Below, in pieces: positions 1 to 10,397 of a DNA stretch of 19,776 nt. The notes beneath the pieces are model-generated. The model made no database searches. It was not told the DNA's origin and saw only the letters and a list, made by a program, of their open reading frames with translations. Location: contig NW_021824178.1 of NCBI RefSeq assembly GCF_006345805.1, positions 1-19,776 of the forward strand. The letters are read 5' to 3'. The stretch's first letter is position 1. Every line of letters starts with the position of its first letter. This stretch comes from Octopus sinensis. Its lineage: Eukaryota. Position numbers and translations under genes: made by a program.

Positions 1-1361
1 CTTGAAATATAAAAATTATGTTCTTTCCTAAAAATGCAACAAGAATAATTCAACCAATAACTTGGGAATTATCAAAACATTTAAAGTGCACTTTACTAGG
101 CACCAATTATTTTATCTCACTACAATTTTGGAAACTGACAAAGTTTCGTTTATGAATCCTATAAACATTTAAATCTTAAGGACACTGTTTTTTTATAAAA
201 TGGCTTAGAAAACGTATGCTCAAAACTATTGAAAATTACTTCAAAAAAACTAAAAAAATAGATTTATGAAAAATTACAGATAAAACTTTAATTGATGAAT
301 TGATCATTTAAAACAGATATTTATGATCCTATTCAATGGAAGAATTCATTTCTATAAATATTTAGAAGAAAATGCAATTTATTCGCTTACAAAAAATTTG
401 CAATTAGCGAAGAAAGTAATTTTGATAATGAAGATCAGCGTTCTCAATGCGGCCCCCCGGATTTTTTTGCGGCCCCTCTAGATAACTAACTTTTTAATTT
501 TTTAATAATGTTTAAATTTAATTATTTATTCTTAAGTTAAAATATCCATAATGGTGATTTCATTAATCAATTGAAGCACGTTTTGGGGTACATTATATAA
601 ATTTAATTTTTTAGAATTTTAAAAATTCCTTCCCTTAATGAAAATATTCGCAACTCCATTCAGCGTGGAAATTAAGGATGCGCCTGGCAAAGTTTCAACT
701 AGAACTCATTAATTTACAACATGATATAGAACAGGCGGCATTGTTCAAAAATGCGTCCTTATTAATTTTTACGAATTAATTCCTCAAGAAATTCAAAAAT
801 ATAACACACAATGCATATATGAATCTACAATATTTATGCAAATCATATTTAGTAAAATGGAAAATATAAAATATATAAAATATTTTTTGTGCGGCCCGCG
901 AAGCTAATCTTAATTATCGATTTGGCCCTGGCTAAAAAGGTTGAGAACCCCTGATGAAGATCCTGAAAACAATCTGCAGATAAAAATTTTCCTTCAAATG
1001 AACAAACAATAATTCATTTCACTAGAAATGAGATTGGTGTAAAATTAAGAGAATTGAGAAGTCACTAATCGAAATTGTCGAAAACGAAGATGTGCTTCTA
1101 ATTACTTCAAGTCGAAGATTTGAGAAAAAAATCAAAATAAAAGAGAAAAACAAACGGGACTGGAATATTACTTTGATAAAAAGCATAATTCTTTGTTAAA
1201 TTAAAATTAATTTTTTCAATTACGTCAATTTTGGCTATTTTCGAATTATTAAACAGTTCTACTCGCATTCAAAAATTATTGATTATATTCTGAAATTCGC
1301 CATTTCTCAAATTCGCCGCAAAAATGACGGAACCAAAATGGCGAATTTGGGAGTTTCACTG
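1..1361 (+). mobile_element. pogo/Tigger-like DNA transposon, 3' part (DDE_1 transposase C-terminal remnant and right TIR); left end outside window
   Basis: Bases ~19-250 translate, with frameshifts, as MFFPKNATRIIQP-x-LGIIKTFK...LKDTVF...KTIENYFKK, resembling the pogo-family FLPPNTT..IQP.D.GII..FK / AW..V...TI.NCF motifs. The element ends ...gagtttcactg followed by TA (1362-1363), with a 13-bp subterminal inverted pair (1293-1305/1336-1348). The homologous TA is empty in the duplicate near 14425. Confidence 0.75.
436..953 (+). mobile_element. Non-autonomous hAT (Buster/SPIN-like) deletion derivative nested in the pogo element
   Basis: Perfect 8-bp TSD atgaagat (428-435; 954-961). Ends cagcgttctcaa / ttgagaacccctg with subterminal gcggccc repeats. 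Interior encodes a frameshifted hAT C-terminus (IFATPFSVEIKDAP..FQLELINLQHD...YLC..FSKM). Confidence 0.88.
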
Positions 1362-4179
1362 TATTTATATACAAAAATGAGTCACTTAAATTATAAAAGA
1401 ATGAAATTGAATTAATAATTCTAAAAAATTAATATCACACAATTCAAACGTTAGCTTTTTAGTCCTGTCTAATGCAAAGCTTATTTCATACAATTTCCTG
1501 TCTAATGCAGAAAATTCAAATAAAATATTGTAAATTTTATTAGACAATTTTATTTTTTAAAGAATCTTTATTCAAAAAATCGTATTTGAATAAATGACTA
1601 GAGTAAAACCATCACAAAATGTAGCAAAACTCTATTAGTGAGATTAGACAAATAAAATATAAAAACATAATTATTACAAAAATCAAAAATCAATCATCAT
1701 CATCAAGAAATCGAGGCATGCAAAGACACCAAATGAGGAAGCAACGTGAGAGTAGTAGCATCAACCTACTAATAATCCCCCTCCAATCACCGTCATAAAG
1801 TCAAAGGCAATTCCATATTTATCAAACGACTCCTCCAATTCGAAAACAACTTTGTATCGCGTGCTTATATTCGTCAATACTGTCATTTGGCTTTCATCCG
1901 CTTCCCACTCCAGGGCCTCGTGGAATGTACTGTGACGCTTTCTCTCAGCCTCCTTCTCAAATCCTTTCCCAAAAGTAGCCTCGTGAATCAACAAATCTGC
2001 GTCCATTCCTGCCTCTATCAACCTCGAACAAGGACGAGTGTCGGCCGATATACAATCTTGTAGTCACTTTCAGTCTCCAACACAAGCCCGTGTGTTCTGG
2101 GATGTGTATTACTTCACAGGCCTCAACTGGGACACTCAATTCAATAAATTAACCGACTTTAAGCCAAACGAACACAAAATCGACGACAAGTCCACTTTTC
2201 CATCGACAACATCAAAGTTATTTACAAACTAACAAATTAGTGAAAAATCAACTTTATTCCCCCAGCCACGTTCAAATCAAAAGACAGTCATATTTTGGAA
2301 GGTTTTAAAATATTTATGAGGTACCATGACTGTCAAGGGAGGACTAGTAAGCCCATATCCTCAAATGCCTTCTTGCGTGCCAAAAGTAGTGTAATCAACC
2401 CCTGGAGTGATAAAAAACAGAATAATCAACTCCGTGGTGATCATAGTGCATATGTGAGATAAAAACAACTCCAATACTCCTCAAAACCCTCCCAAGCTCA
2501 TCTCCATAACGTAATGTCAGCTGAATCAACGTAGATGGCCCACAGTCTGTCAATATACATTTTCATAACTAATATTAACTTACAAATATATTAACCATGT
2601 CCATATAAGTATCGAGGATAAATTCCTCCTTAAAGAAGGCTGGGCGGCCCCCGTACCCAGAAACACGACCTGAGGGTACTTTATTACTGTGGTAACTACA
2701 ATCAGAAATAGCAAGTACCCGAGAGTTGTACAATTCTCTAAAAGAGGAATTTAAAGTTCGGAAATGGTTTATACGGTTGTTGTTTTAATTTGAAAGTTGG
2801 ATATTTCCATTTTATTTAAATTTAAAAGTTGGGATGAAGAGAAAGAATTGGATTGGTTGATAGACATATCCTATTATCAAATAATACGATTTAAACAATT
2901 GTTTTCAATGGCGGAAATATATCCGAGTTTATAGCCGTTAGAACTGAATGGAAATTGGCAGTGGATCCCCAACATGTATCACACACGGAGTCATTTATGA
3001 ACACATTCCTTGCCCCAACACCAAAACTGTCAATTACTATTATTTAATACCGTTCTATCCATTTTTTATATTCTTGAGTATTAGCATGGTCAATGGGGTT
3101 CAAATGTACGACTACTGCAGAACACTGGTTAAACTCGTATATCTCAGAATTATAGAACTCAGCCAATCTCTTGTCTGAGACCACATCCATTAGTAATTCG
3201 AGAGAGAGAATATCAACCACAATGACAGGAGGTCGTCTATCAGGCTCGGAAAATACCTCATCTTTGTATATCTTAATATAATGTATAATTCATGGCTACT
3301 TTTTTCCCATCGACATCAATCTCTCCCTCGCGTAACAAAACACCAATATTTTTCCACTAAACTAATATTTTAATAATTAATTACCATTTTAATCCAATTC
3401 ATTACATTTGTCTAACATCAGGTGTCTATGGCCCTCATGTGGGCGGAAAAACGTAAATAATAGTCGATTGACGAACATCGAATTTCATTTTTTTGTTTTT
3501 CGACGAAAACTCAGCCAAAAATAAACAATTTTTTATTACTTTATTTTCAGACGAATAAAACGGAAATTCCAAAAAATCAATCTCAAAATGTTTCGTTTTG
3601 AGTTTTTCTCTACTCAAAAAACCTTAAAAATCACCAAAAATATTATTTACTAAAAGGGACTTTTTCCATGTTAAAACTCTTAAAAGTTGAGAAATATTGA
3701 CTCTAAAAATACCTTATAATTCCTTTAAACTATGTCAAATTGGGTTTTTTATTGGAATTTTGACATCCTTTTCGAGATTGTTGAAAGAATAGGCGAGACC
3801 TACAAATTGTCACTCGTTCCTCACCCCCCAATCCTCCGAGATTGTCCCACATGTTATTGTAAGGATATTCCATCAATTTTTGATAATTTCATTCTAATGT
3901 TGATTAAAATATATTTACTTTGATTGCATTATTACTTTTTGGGTCCCTTCTCCGCAGTTTATTAGGTATCTTATAGTTGTAGGGATTAATACCGATTGTT
4001 GTCGGCTGCTATCATCAGAGTTTTCGGAAAATTATTGAATCCTGTACTTCCGACGATTAGCTCGTAGTAAGAAAATTGGGGGATGTTTTTCGTGGATTTC
4101 ATTAAGGTAACACGTGGCAAAACGCTAGACATACAATCATTTAAATTTAAAAAAAATGTATTTATAATTTAATTACAGT
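1362..4179. repeat. Segmental duplication, copy 1 (direct repeat of 14427-18273)
   Basis: Colinear near-identity by eye from tatttatatacaaaaatgagtc to atttataatttaattacagt; copy 2 additionally carries an insertion at 14751-15781. Confidence 0.95.
1690..4132 (-). CDS. ELAC2: tRNase Z long form (ELAC2/Trz1 type), copy 1; multi-exon, frameshifted as sequenced
   Basis: Spliced translation gives the N-terminal pseudo-motif YLINCGEGTQK...KLSKID..., FLGTGAAQPSLRRN, TDCGPST, SHMHYDHH (HxHxDH), LLIHEATF, RHST, AFDFM. At least 14 GT-AG introns of 23-29 nt (e.g. 3970-3992, 3894-3918, 3800-3824, 3623-3650, 3357-3384, 3272-3299, 3027-3050, 2871-2896, 2696-2718, 2569-2595, 2402-2430, 2229-2252, 2127-2153, 1766-1790). 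Intact versus pseudogene status is unresolved. Confidence 0.93.
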
Positions 4180-4710
4180 CTACTGTCCTGCAATATATGT
4201 CCGTGATAACATTAATATCCACAATAGGCAACGAATCAATGTACTTCCTTATTGCTGCATTAATACCATTTAAAATTTCCATTTTAAGCAACTGCCTTGG
4301 AATTTTCCTAGTAGGGATACGAACATTCCTTCCCATTGTAATTACTTTCCCAATTTGGCAACGAAACTCCTGTACCTCCTCTCCTGGAAGGCCACAGAGT
4401 GATTCACTCGACTTGGTAGACAGCAAGCATTTAAAATTAGCAATTGACTTCGATGTCCTGAATTTTGAGTTCAAAGCGTTTGTTATAAGAGGCCAACCAC
4501 CACGAGCTCCTCTTGAATCTGGATTTTGTAGCCTCAACGACTTCCACTGCCCATTGTTTCTTATCCACAGCGTGAACAGTGTCAACAATACACTGAACAG
4601 AGAGAAGGTGTTCTTTAAGACCAGTTTTAAAAACTTCTTGTGCCTTGGACATGTCATCGACCACATTCTCTACGCTCCGTTTGTTTTTTCTTTTAGAATT
4701 AATTAACATT
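4180..4710 (-). mobile_element. Probable N-terminal fragment of a non-LTR retrotransposon ORF (R2/NeSL-like RLE group)
   Basis: GC-richer intronless block, two overlapping minus-strand frames (…KKQWAVEVVEATKSRFKRSSWW… and …TRKIPRQLLKMEILNGINAAIRKYIDSLPIVDINVITDI). Begins exactly where homology to copy 2 ends. Family call is from recalled similarity only; no RT motif present. Confidence 0.35.
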
Positions 4711-5339
4711 CATACAACAAAATGCTTTAATTATTTTGATAAAGATGAGAAGGTTAGCCAGGAATGAAAACAAAAATAGTATCAGACTCCGACCTGTTGA
4801 TGTGGGAGTATTTTAGAAGAAATGGTATTTTGACATTTTTTTACATTTGTTGTTGAATGATTTTCTAATGCGGCACGCAGAAAACCAACATGATAAATTT
4901 GTATGAAAATGTAACGTGATAAATTAAGTTTTAATAATGTTTTATAATTTCTATGTTTCTTGAGTTCTCGTTTTTTAATCTGGACAGTTATACATTTTAA
5001 ACATATAATTACCAATTAATTATTTGAGTTTTTATATAAAATATTTTGTAATAAAATTACGTAAATTTTATTTAATATTATCATAGTTTTCTCAGTGTTA
5101 ATTTTTAATTATCTTCAGAGCAATTAGTGATAAAATTTTACGCAGTGAGTTGAGTAGTATGATTGGTCTTAAGCTGACTGTCCAGATTAAAAATTAACAC
5201 TAAGAAATCGGAATACACTGTTGCGAGGTAATGTGAACAACGACACGAGGAAAAATTGAGGCATATAAAGAAACTTGGCACTCTCTTAGGAAACCCGTCG
5301 TTGAGCATGTCTTTAGCCCGGAGTTCAGTCTCTGTGACT

Positions 5340-5640
5340 GAAGGACGGTCAAAGGCAGGATAAAGTAACTTTTTCTGAGGGGAATAACGAGGAGTCTCCG
5401 AGGAGTATATTGTCTGCTTTGATGTCTCTGTGAGCATACTCCTGAGAGTGCTGCCACTTTACATGACAGTCGTACTCAACTGCGTCCACCACTTATCGGA
5501 ACTGGCAGACTATTTTGACATTTATGAACCCAATTTTTTGCTTCGGCGAATATAATCAAAACCATCCAGGTCGCAATCTCACGACAATACCAACTCTCTG
5601 ACAGGAACATCAAAAACACACCAGGACTTCACTACAGTCG
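5340..5640 (-). pseudogene. Degraded Ser/Thr kinase fragment (PIM/PASK-like subdomains ~IV-VIb)
   Basis: Minus strand reads FDYIRRSKKLG ... FR*VVDAVEY ... HSQEYAHRDIKADNILL (HRD at 5424-5432); no DFG found downstream. Confidence 0.6.
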
Positions 5641-6056
5641 TATCCTAAACCCATTCACCAACAAAAAACCATTGAACATAAAAAAATTATTAGCGAAGTC
5701 CTCCCCGAACGCACTAACTGTAAACAATATCCTCAACAATTCCCCTCCAACTGCTGAAAAGGATCTCAGCCGTAGAGATCGGGTCGAACTTGCAAGATTT
5801 CGCTTTGGCCACCATCTTTTATCCCTCAACTACCAAAACAAACTGGACAAAGATGTCGATCCGACCTGTTCAATTTGCTTTGACGGACAATACACAATAA
5901 GTCTTCTTCTCGAATGCAAAAACCTTGCCGCCTTGAGAAAATCATACAAGATTAACTCTATCTTTGACTTGTGTTGTGACCCTAAGAAGTCTGTTGGTTT
6001 TCTGCGTGCCGCATTTCTTCTCAATTCAGGGTGAAATGGGGTTCAATAAATAAATA
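5640..6056 (+). mobile_element. 5'-truncated non-LTR retrotransposon 3' end (I/Ingi-group-like; clade uncertain)
   Basis: ORF tail NNILNNSPP..EKDLSRRDRVELARFRFGHH..LNY..KLD....CSIC...TISLLLEC (degenerate CCHC knuckle), stop at 6032-6034, then an (aata)3 tail at 6045-6056. Confidence 0.75.
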
Positions 6057-6588
6057 GAGAATGTCAACAAAGGACTCAATAATATCATTCATCATATCAT
6101 TTTGTGCACCAAGAAAATCTAGTCGTGGATGAGACATTCTCACGACTGTCCCATTCGAGCTTACGGGGAATAATTCCGTGCAAAGTCTGTACGAGGAGTT
6201 ATCCCGTGGTCATTTCTGTCTCAGATGTCACGCCAGGCACTATTCACGTCATACCATAATAGACTTGCTCATCGGATGAAGGATATCTAATAAATATTGA
6301 GCACTCACTGGTTATCGTCTATTCACTGTCAACGACCACACTTTTGTTATAGTTGGACGCTCTCAACCTTTTTACAAGCTGGTTCACTCACATTCTCTTG
6401 TCATTTGAAGATAACCAGTATCAGAATATTATATTTCTTCGGTGAACATGACAATCGAAGTAGCCAATATCCATTTATCCCCAATAATTCAACACAAACC
6501 AGTATCACTTAGTGAATTTATTTTAATTTATAAGGTGATCCTTTTTAAATTGTTCGAATGTTGACGATACCAATTATCTGATAATTCT

Positions 6589-6975
6589 ATAAGCGATCGT
6601 CTGGGACGCGACATGCTCTGACACTTTTGCGTCAACATGCCTTCTCGCGTCCGCGATCGAAGCTGGCACAGCGGCGAGGAGGGCAGAGACCGGAGAGAAA
6701 GACAAGTACGCCTCGCTCGCCGACAGATTCCTCTTTGTGCCTGTTTCGTCGAAACATCAGGCACATTCGGCCCAGCCACGCTACGTTTTCTCACCGAGAG
6801 AGGCCGTCACCTCGGGAGGATTAGAAACGACCCCCGTGAGGTCAATCGGCTTTTTGAGCGCGTCTCAATAGCCGTACTCAGGGGAACAGTTTCTCTATTC
6901 TCTCTGCGGCTAGTAGCTGACTTCTTGTTCCATTTTCTTTTCATTTGTATTAATAAAAAAAAAAAAAAAAAAAAA
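6589..6975 (+). mobile_element. 5'-truncated CRE-like non-LTR retrotransposon (RLE C-terminus) with poly(A) tail
   Basis: WDATCSDTFAS...AGTAARRAE..KYASL...VETSGTFGP...DPRE...LFERVSIAVLRG; AATAAA running into A21 (6955-6975); possible 6-bp TSD aattct (6583-6588; 6974-6979). Confidence 0.88.
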
Positions 6976-6994
6976 TTCTTGAAATTGACTGAAC

Positions 6995-7174
6995 ACTGTT
7001 TAGTACATTTTTCAATATTTTTAGACTTGAAACCCGAGAGTTAAGACAGTTCTATTTTATTGGTTTTAACAAAAATACATTCTAAAGTAAATTTATTTTA
7101 ACTTATTATGCTTTTTTAGGGTCACCAACCCCAAGACGGAAAAGAATACCTTATAGACTATATAAAATAACCCC
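6995..7174. repeat. ~180-bp direct repeat; second copy at 7586-7754 plus 10080-10095, split by the Buster element
   Basis: Colinear match actgtttagtac...gaaacccgagagtt...ccccaagacg...ttatagactatataaaataacccc; this copy has a single ttatagac (7151-7158), the empty site. Confidence 0.9.
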
Positions 7175-7754
7175 AGAGGGTATCAATTATCTGATGATTC
7201 TTGCAATTTACAAGAAAAACATTGTCGCTATAGGAGCATACAGGAATTTACTATATTTGTTTAAATAAAAGTTTAATCTGGTTAAATTGATTGGGTATTA
7301 AAAACGGGTTATTATTTATTTGATTTTTTATTATAATTGGTTTTTCTAAACAAAATTAATTTTTCCAACGTGTTGATACGTTTATTATTTGTTTTTAGTG
7401 GTGTGCTAGTTTATCGATAATTATTAAATTTGTAAATATTTTTTTTCATATCTCAGATTATTTCATTTATTTACATTTTATTTATCACTATTCATTATTC
7501 TTATGTTTATTGGTTCTTCAAATCATTTCTTGTTTTTAAAAAAATGATATGAAGGCATTTTTGAATTTTAATAAACATTATGAAGACTGTTTAGTACGTT
7601 TTTCCATATTTTTGGATCTCTCTCATTGGAACCCGAGAGTTAAAACAGTTCCATTTTATCGGTTTTAACAAAAATACATTCTAAAGTAAATTTGTTTTAA
7701 TTTATTACGTTTTTTTGGAGTCATCAACCCCAAGACGAAAAATACCTTATAGAC

Positions 7755-10071
7755 CAGTGGTTCTCAACCTGGGGTCCGCGGACCCTTTAGGGGTCCGCGA
7801 AAGATCCAGGGGGTCGCGAGATTTTTCTGAAACTTTATTTAAATGTTTCTATTAATGATAACAATTTTAAATTAATATATAATATAATTAAATCATATTA
7901 ATAATATCTCTTTTAGATATATTATAAATTAATATATTTAATATTCAATAATACTGAGGAGGCTAAATTACTTTAAAGCTGAATGTAACTCAATTATTTA
8001 TAAAAATCGTATATATATATTTATTTTTTAGTAAAAGTTAATAAAATTTTTAAGCACGCTATTGATATGAATTCCTCGAATGTTATTAAGATACGCAAAT
8101 ATAATCCTGATTATATAAAATATGGGTTTATTGTATTGATAAAGATGGATTTGAAAGCCCAAAATGTGTTGTGTGCATGAAAATTCTGTCACACAATAGC
8201 ATGAAACCAACAACTTTTGTGAGACACTTGCGCACATGTCATCCCCATCTAATCCACAAAAATAAGGATTATTTTATCTTTGCGTAAAATGATGAAAAAT
8301 CAAGTATTGACTCGTTTCATACAAACTTTGCCTTCTGATAATTCCATGCTATTAGCATCTTACATGATCTCATTACGTATAGCGAAAAAAAAGAAACCTC
8401 ATAATATTGCCGAAAAACTGATTCTTCCTTGTTGTAAAGACATAGTACGTACTCTTATTGGCACTCATGCTGAAATATGATTTCGGAAATACTATTATCG
8501 AATGATACTGTTCATCGACGAATTTCTGAAATGTCAGAAAATATTAAGTGTCAGGTTATTGATATTATATTATTTATTTTAACAGGTGGTAGAACAAATA
8601 AAAACTTCATGCCATTAAAATTTCGCTATACAAGTTGATGAATCCACCGATGTAGCGAACTGTGCTCAATTAATAATATTTGCTCGTTATGTCTATGACG
8701 GAGATTTTAAAGAGGATTTTTTATTTTCCTATTCGCTTGAATCGACCACTAAAGGAGAAGATATTTTTCAAGCAATTTCTATGTTTTTGACAGTGTTGGG
8801 TTATCTTGGAATAATGTATGTTGTTGCACAACCGATGGAGCTCCAGGAATGCTTGGCTTTCATTCTGGCTTTAGAGGCCAAGTTAGACTTGCTAACCAGG
8901 AAACGAAAACATATGCATTGTATGCTACATCGATATGCACTTGCTGCAAAAACATTACCTTCAGATTTAAGATATGTTCTCGATGATGTCGTACATATCA
9001 TAAATTATATTAAAAAGAGTGCTTTAAATTCGCGCATTTTCAGACTTATTTGCGAAGAATTTGAAAAGGATGGAAAGGCTTTGTTATTCCACACTGAGGT
9101 GAGATGGCTATCTCGGGGAAACATTCTTGCCAGAGTTTTTTTCCGTGAGGAATGAATTATCTGAATATTTTATTCGCGAAAACAATTCCAAATCATCGGA
9201 ATTATTTCGAAATTAATGGATAGTTCATGGCTATCTAAACTTGCTTACTTGAGAGATGTCTTCTCTCGTATAAATTCACTCAACAAATTGCTTCAGGGAA
9301 GACATGAAACAATAATTGATTTTGTGGATAAAATTAAGTTTGTTAACTGTTTCATATTAATTATTAGTGCTTTTTTGATGAAGAGTTAACACTGTGGAAA
9401 GAAAAAGTAAAACTAAATAATTTTACTATGTTTGAATCCTTTGAAGAACAATCTGTAAATATAGATGCATTTGAAATCAAAAAATAACCGAACTTATTTA
9501 TGCACATTTAACATATCTTCAACAAGAAGTAAATAAATACTTTCCAGAATTGAACGAAATTGATTTGAAATTCATTCGTACACCATTCAATGTTGATCCA
9601 CGTTTGGTCGATGAAAATATCGAAGAGGCTTTTATTGACATGATCAATGATTCAAACGCAAAAGATTTGTATGAAAAACTTGCTTTATCAAGATTTTGGT
9701 GCGAAATGTGTAAGCATTATCCTTCCGTAAGCGCAAATGCATAAAATTTGTTGCTTATATTCCCGACAACATATTTATGCGAACATGGCTTCTCAGCACT
9801 TCTCAATATAAAAAATAATCATCGCGCAAGACTGAATATTGAAGATGACATCAGGGTTTGCTTGTCGACAACCGAGCCTCTTATTGAAAAAATTGCCTCG
9901 AAAAAACAATATCAACCTTCTCACTAATTTTCTCTATTGATTTAATAATAAATTTTGTTTTTAGATAAGTAAAATTTTTTTGACAAAAAACTTAATAAAT
10001 ATGTAGGGGGTCCGCGAAATTTTTCATTTACTCACAAGGGGTCCGCGGACAAAAAAGGTTGAGAACCACTG
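7755..10071 (+). mobile_element. Full-length hAT transposon, Buster family
   Basis: Perfect 16-bp TIRs cagtggttctcaacct (7755-7770; 10056-10071), ggggtccgcg subterminal repeats, perfect 8-bp TSD ttatagac (7747-7754; 10072-10079) fitting the Buster nnnTAnnn consensus. Confidence 0.97.
8067..9927 (+). CDS. Buster/Charlie-type hAT transposase (BED finger, DDE/D, C-terminal dimerisation domain), two micro-introns, frameshifted as sequenced
   Basis: RKYNPDYIKYGF...PKCVVC..LS..SMKP...RHL.T.HP; LSNDTVHRRI; VDESTD; TDGAP; HCMLHRYAL; EVRWLSRG; TTYLCEHGFS; QYQPSH*. Introns at 8555-8585 and 9338-9367. Confidence 0.92.
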
Positions 10072-10397
10072 TTATAGACTATATAAAATAACCCCTTAAA
10101 ACTGCCACAAAAATTATGTATGTTTGAAAAATTCACATATAAGCCGACAAATAATTTTACGTCGCTGTTGGGATAGTTTGAAAATTCAAGGAACTAGACC
10201 AATTGCCACTAATTATGAAACGCTCTTTGTAAAAATATTTTAAATTCTTCATCCAATTTTTTAAATTCTTGAATTATTTCAGAGTTGGTCGAATTTCAAT
10301 GAAATATATTTGAAAGCGGATTATTTGAATGATAGAAGTATTGAATAAAGGATTGTAATCTGGGGAAATGTTTGGGATATAGAATATAAAGCAATTT

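Larger units (their letters stand above)
6250..7174 (+). pseudogene. Tentative receptor-type protein tyrosine phosphatase domain relic (D2-like), interrupted by the CRE fragment
   Basis: Ordered peptides TGYR, FYKLVHSH, SQYPF, NVDDTNYLIILEI, LETRELRQFYFIGF, PQDGKEYLIDYIK parallel RPTP D2 (DGYRQ, DFWRM, QYWP, RQIRQFHFHGW, PSDGKGMI). Candidate micro-introns at ~6512-6534 and ~6998-7024, and a ~33-nt one ending near 7119. Several frameshifts and stops must be assumed. Confidence 0.45.

Noticed and set aside
4197-4706. 169-aa plus-strand ORF
   Set aside because: No recognisable motif; more plausibly the antisense of the minus-strand retroelement-like frames.
7217-7579. ~350-bp AT-rich segment flanked by aaacatt repeats as a possible MITE
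   Set aside because: No TIRs seen, and a 7-bp AT-rich repeat is expected by chance.
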